Virus record (IMG/VR): IMGVR_UViG_3300027963_000096
Span: 1 to 54,258 of that record
Strand: one strand, 5' to 3'
DNA from: a virus
Taxonomy: Duplodnaviria; Caudoviricetes
DNA length: 54,258 nt
Shown: one piece after another, positions 53,013 to 54,258 of the stretch
How positions within the stretch are numbered: the first letter of the stretch is position 1
How the letters are laid out: the number at the start of each line of letters is the position of its first letter
Notes under the pieces: model-generated
The model's input: only the letters and a program-made list of their open reading frames with translations
The model's database searches: none
Told to the model about the DNA's origin: nothing
Made by a program: the position numbers and the translations under genes

Positions 53013-53183
53013 TTATTCGTTCTCAGCGAGTTTTGCGTTAAGGGAGTCCAATATCCATTGCAGACCTTGGTACTCCCCAACGATGCGGGAATATGTTGTG
53101 TGGTCACCCACGGGGTTTTGTACCAAGGACAGGCGAAGCTCCGCCTGCCGTACTTGGATTTGGTGGATTAACTCGGAGATCAC
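53013..53183 (-). CDS. Small head-module protein (56 aa, MISELIHQIQ...YSRIVGEYQGL)
   Basis: Hand-translated from a GTG overlapping the upstream TGA; Y...VG...GL motif typical of genes preceding phage groES. Confidence 0.65.
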   Translation of the reverse strand: MISELIHQIQVRQAELRLSLVQNPVGDHTTYSRIVGEYQGLQWILDSLNAKLAENE

Positions 53184-53332
53184 TTTTTCTTCTTGGCCAG
53201 CGCGCTCAGGCCGCCAGCGGGCTTACTGCCGCCCTTGGGCTGCATGCTCTGGCCGTCGAGCTTCTCGCCCATGGCCATGCGCTTGTGCTGGGGCACGTTA
53301 ATCGACTTTTGTTCAGTATCAGACGTTGCCAT
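53180..53332 (-). CDS. Small basic protein (50 aa, MATSDTEQKSINVPQHKRMAMG...)
   Basis: Hand-translated; AAGGAG RBS within the portal 3' end. Confidence 0.65.
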   Translation of the reverse strand: MATSDTEQKSINVPQHKRMAMGEKLDGQSMQPKGGSKPAGGLSALAKKKK

Positions 53333-54258
53333 TTGGGGCTCCTTGCGGTGGTTGGACCATAGTCTGTATGGTCTGGTGGGTTAACTTGGCGTTCTCAATC
53401 TCAATGCGCGCCTGATTATTAATCTGCGCTATCTGCAATTGTAGTTGTGCGTCTTGCTGGTCGCGCTGGGCGGCGGCCTGCATCTCGGCTTGGCCACGCA
53501 TCTGGCCATCTTGAATCTTGGCTTGGGCAATCCGGGCGTCCTGCTGGTCCTTGGCGGCCTTGCGCTGCGTCTCGGCCATGGCGGTGTCCTTGACCACTTG
53601 GGCATCGGGCGGCAGCACTGGGGGCTTGGCGTTGGCCTGCAGGGCCTGCTGGAGCTGCTGGAGCTGGGGCAGGATTTGCTGGAACACCTGCTCGCTGTCG
53701 AGCGCGACGTGCTGGCCGACAGTGGCGTAGAGCTTGTCGATGATGGCCGTGAGCTTGGGGTTCTCGTAGTCGTTCACGGGCTTGCCGCCGCGCAGGTTGG
53801 TCACGTAGCCGTTCATGCGGTTCAGGTACCACAGCGTCATGTGCTGCTTGATGTGCTCGACCGCATTGGGCAGGAACGCCGGGGCAATAAACGGGTTTGC
53901 ACCAAAAGACGGGTCCATGCCGAACATCAGGTGCCCTTGGATGTGGGCGATGTGGTCCTGCTGGATGTAGGCATAGGCCGGGTGTCCCATGGACATGGCC
54001 GCGTTCTCGTCGGCCAGCGTGCGCTGCTCGGGCTCGGGGACCGCCTTGAGCAGCTCGCTGACGTTGGGTATCTTGATCTGCTTGAGGAAGCGCTCCTCCA
54101 CGGCCTTGGCGTCGTACAGGTCCGGCTTGGCGTCCGAGCGGGCCAGCACGGCCTGCATCTGCGCCATGCGCTGGGTCTCGGAGAAGATGTGCGGGTCGCT
54201 GACTGGGATGACGTCGGTGTTCTTCTCGAAGTCCTCGCGCTCGATCTCCAAGTCCGCC
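53319..54258 (-). CDS. Portal protein, C-terminal part (enters from the right edge)
   Basis: DF....DVIPVSDP.IFS..QR; EN.......AY..QDH.AHI..H; Gln/Ala-rich coiled-coil barrel; frame open to the window edge. Confidence 0.8.
   Translation of the reverse strand, partial: ADLEIEREDFEKNTDVIPVSDPHIFSETQRMAQMQAVLARSDAKPDLYDAKAVEERFLKQIKIPNVSELLKAVPEPEQRTLADENAAMSMGHPAYAYIQQDHIAHIQGHLMFGMDPSFGANPFIAPAFLPNAVEHIKQHMTLWYLNRMNGYVTNLRGGKPVNDYENPKLTAIIDKLYATVGQHVALDSEQVFQQILPQLQQLQQALQANAKPPVLPPDAQVVKDTAMAETQRKAAKDQQDARIAQAKIQDGQMRGQAEMQAAAQRDQQDAQLQLQIAQINNQARIEIENAKLTHQTIQTMVQPPQGAPNGNV

Noticed and set aside
1-54258. tRNA, rRNA, integrase, transposase, intron or intein
   Set aside because: No cloverleaf/T-loop signature in the short intergenic gaps, no recombinase motifs, and terL, polA and helicase have normal uninterrupted lengths. 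This was judged by eye only; tRNAscan and HMM searches were not run.

Overview
The window is almost the entire genome of a GC-rich tailed phage, most likely podovirus-like, with no tape measure, sheath or integrase recognised. It is circularly permuted: the portal gene is split across the two ends and its middle is missing. Modules: packaging (terS, terL, portal), head (GroES-like, scaffold, major capsid), neck/tail and fibres, lysis (3-TM holin, M15 peptidase), ejection-type proteins (SLT), an APSE/SPO2-type replication arm (DUF2800, DUF2815, PolA, VRR-NUC, SNF2), a prim-pol/helicase with an adjacent iteron-like origin, and small early genes including a DUF2829/Tad2-like anti-defence candidate. 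Two signals stand out. (1) A short [YFMLK]-[AK]-x-G-G motif recurs about 30 times in five late-region proteins and sits at domain and GC-content boundaries. This suggests a double-glycine polyprotein processing or capsid-targeting system for packaged effectors such as an ADP-ribosyltransferase. (2) A tail protein has repeat domains nested inside one another like balanced parentheses (8 N-halves, 8 C-halves). Several structured intergenic RNA candidates were also seen. All family assignments come from motif recognition by eye, not database searches.
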